Positions 62,251-64,000 of a stretch of DNA of 64,000 nucleotides are shown piece by piece. Each line of letters opens with the position of its first letter. Positions within the stretch are counted from its first letter, which is position 1. The translations under genes and the position numbers were made by a program. The notes below the pieces were generated by a model. The model was given only the letters and a program-made list of their open reading frames with translations, searched no databases and had not been told where the DNA came from. Source of the stretch: Nageia nagi (taxonomy: Eukaryota; Plantae; Pinophyta); contig JBITNC010000002.1 of NCBI GenBank assembly GCA_050084985.1, positions 3,286,001 to 3,350,000 of the forward strand, read 5' to 3'.

Positions 62251-64000
62251 AGACTTGTCACATCTAGCTTGTGAAGTCTTAGAAAAACTTGAGGTTCCAA
62301 ACTTGCAAAGTCCCAACAATATGCCCCCTTGGTTGTATAAATTACCCAAACACGTGAAATGCATCTCTTGTTTATTATGAAGAATCTATTACCTCTAGGA
62401 TTTTTGTTTTGATATGCTAGGCGATTTCATCAAATGTCCCGAGACCAACAAACTCGCTAACAACCACCAAAACATGGTTTGTTCTTTTCGAAATGAGTCG
62501 CCTTTCTAACTTCACCCTTGAATTGTCGTAGAAACAGTTCCATAGAGCGATTCACCATACTAAAGTATCAGCAGACTAACCTTAGACAACATTTTGCATC
62601 ATACTCCCTCTTGATGCCAAAAGGGAGAATCAACAACCTCTATCTTTGTTAAAATGTGCATTAATTGCCCTTCTCTTGAAAAACTTCAACACAACATGCT
62701 TTCCCCAAATAGTTTTGTGGATGTAATAACATCTCACCTCTATGAAACACATCAAATACAAATGCACACAAAACAATACTAATTCCACAGGGTAAAATCC
62801 GATTTCTTTTATATTTTTGTCTTTTCAATAAAGAAAGCTTGCAACTACAACAAATTATAGGTAACAGAGACAATGCATTACAATTGTATGTAAGCAAGAG
62901 AACTACAAATCACTAAACACACCTTGAAGATCTGTTCCAACAGTTGTAACACCTTCAAAACTCAAAACAAACCCCACAAGAACTGGAAAAACAACTGTAT
63001 ACTGGATTGTCTGAACAAAACACACCTCTATCTTGCTGAACAAAGGCTGATATGCCCAAAATTGTGCCAATACTGGATTGTCTTCACCAAAGCTAAGCTT
63101 GAACATGGCTACCTTGATAGTTCTGGCCCTTATAACCTACAAAACAGTCCTCTCAAGGCTGATATCTTACTCCAATCGCCTCCAAAGGCTGGATCTCTAC
63201 ACGTAAACTTCTAACTTGCCCTCCAATAGGCAGATCTACACTTTAGCTTCAATGATGCTCCTCAAATCAAGCCCAAATCACCAACCCTGATGTGGATTGG
63301 TCAGATCCAATGATTAGATAGCTCTAGGATCTAATCCTTCAAGCCTCCATTGAATTGATCTCCAATGGGAACCCCAAGAAACTCCAACATAATGCAAGAG
63401 TCCAAAAGAGCAAAGCTCTTCCAAATTCCAAATTCTCCAAATTCACCCCTTCCAAATGACCAACTCTTCCTCTTAAATAGTCTTGGAAATCTTAATTTAA
63501 GCCTCTTGATAGTTACAAAAGTCTGCCTCGTAATAGTTACAAATCCTCTCCTATGGCAGTTACAAAAGTATGAAATAGTATCTTAGACTTTGACCTCATA
63601 ACAGTTACTTTTGCCAAAATGGCAGCTACAAATACTAGAGACATTTAATACTGCCTTATCATCCCAACCATGAAGCTAAAAACGTGTACCAAGTCAATGA
63701 CATTATTTAATACCTTTTTTCTTGTCCCAAAACTATTCTAAATACATAACCAACTCCCTAAACACTTATACTAACAATAAAACTTCTCAAAACACACTAA
63801 CCCACCCCTTAGAGGCCCACAAACACAACAAAACATAAATTTGAAATGTTTACAAGGCTGGAAATATTTAGGGACATTACACTCTATGTGCTTGCACTTG
63901 GAGTGAAACATTGGACTCTTTTGTAATTGTATAGCACTCTTGCTATCACAAACACTTATCATTGCCCCTTCTAGTTCTTTTGCAAGTCCTCGAAAGTTCT
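62251..64000 (-). mobile_element. Ty1/Copia 3' relic (RNase H, PPT-like tract, start of 3' LTR)
   Basis: CDSKSAIQLQKSPMFHSKCKHIE at 63882-63960 continues left of 62742. AAGGGGGCATAT|TGTTGGGA PPT/LTR-like junction near 62318. Confidence 0.75.
62743..63881. mobile_element. Solo LTR (1139 bp) inserted in a Copia RNase H
   Basis: TGAAACAC...GGGACATTACA with perfect TSD CTCTA. Host reads KHIE|VRCYYI across the insertion. Confidence 0.88.

Noticed and set aside
45694-64000. Remaining AMY3 3' exons (GHWRFP..., YAYILTHPG...)
   Set aside because: No such coding sequence was seen by eye. They are presumed beyond the window.

Overview
Nuclear DNA from a large-genome land plant (gymnosperm-like architecture; species not determinable). 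The only host gene is the middle of a plastid alpha-amylase, AMY3 (+ strand). It has six exons (12079-12437, 17684-18594, 18794-18983, 19113-19219, 29346-29595, 45571-45693; 1,940 coding bp) with GT-AG introns, consistent phases and an intact GH13 catalytic triad. Its first and last exons lie outside the window. The introns (>12 kb, 5.2 kb, 199 bp, 129 bp, 10.1 kb, 16.0 kb, >18 kb) are stacks of nested transposons: a 12.5-kb decayed hAT, LINE and Copia relics, six ordinary solo LTRs with perfect 5-bp TSDs, and one paired-LTR non-autonomous element. The most unusual feature is seven copies of a family of giant (3-8 kb) TGTTG...CAACA units with no gag/pol. Their shared layout is: terminal hairpin, array of family-specific palindromes, TATA, a ~1000-codon ORF of unknown function, a second TATA, then ~1 kb ending in CAACA. 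They look like giant solo LTRs carrying a protein gene in U3 together with candidate cis-acting sites. All boundaries were read by eye, and no alignment or database search was run.
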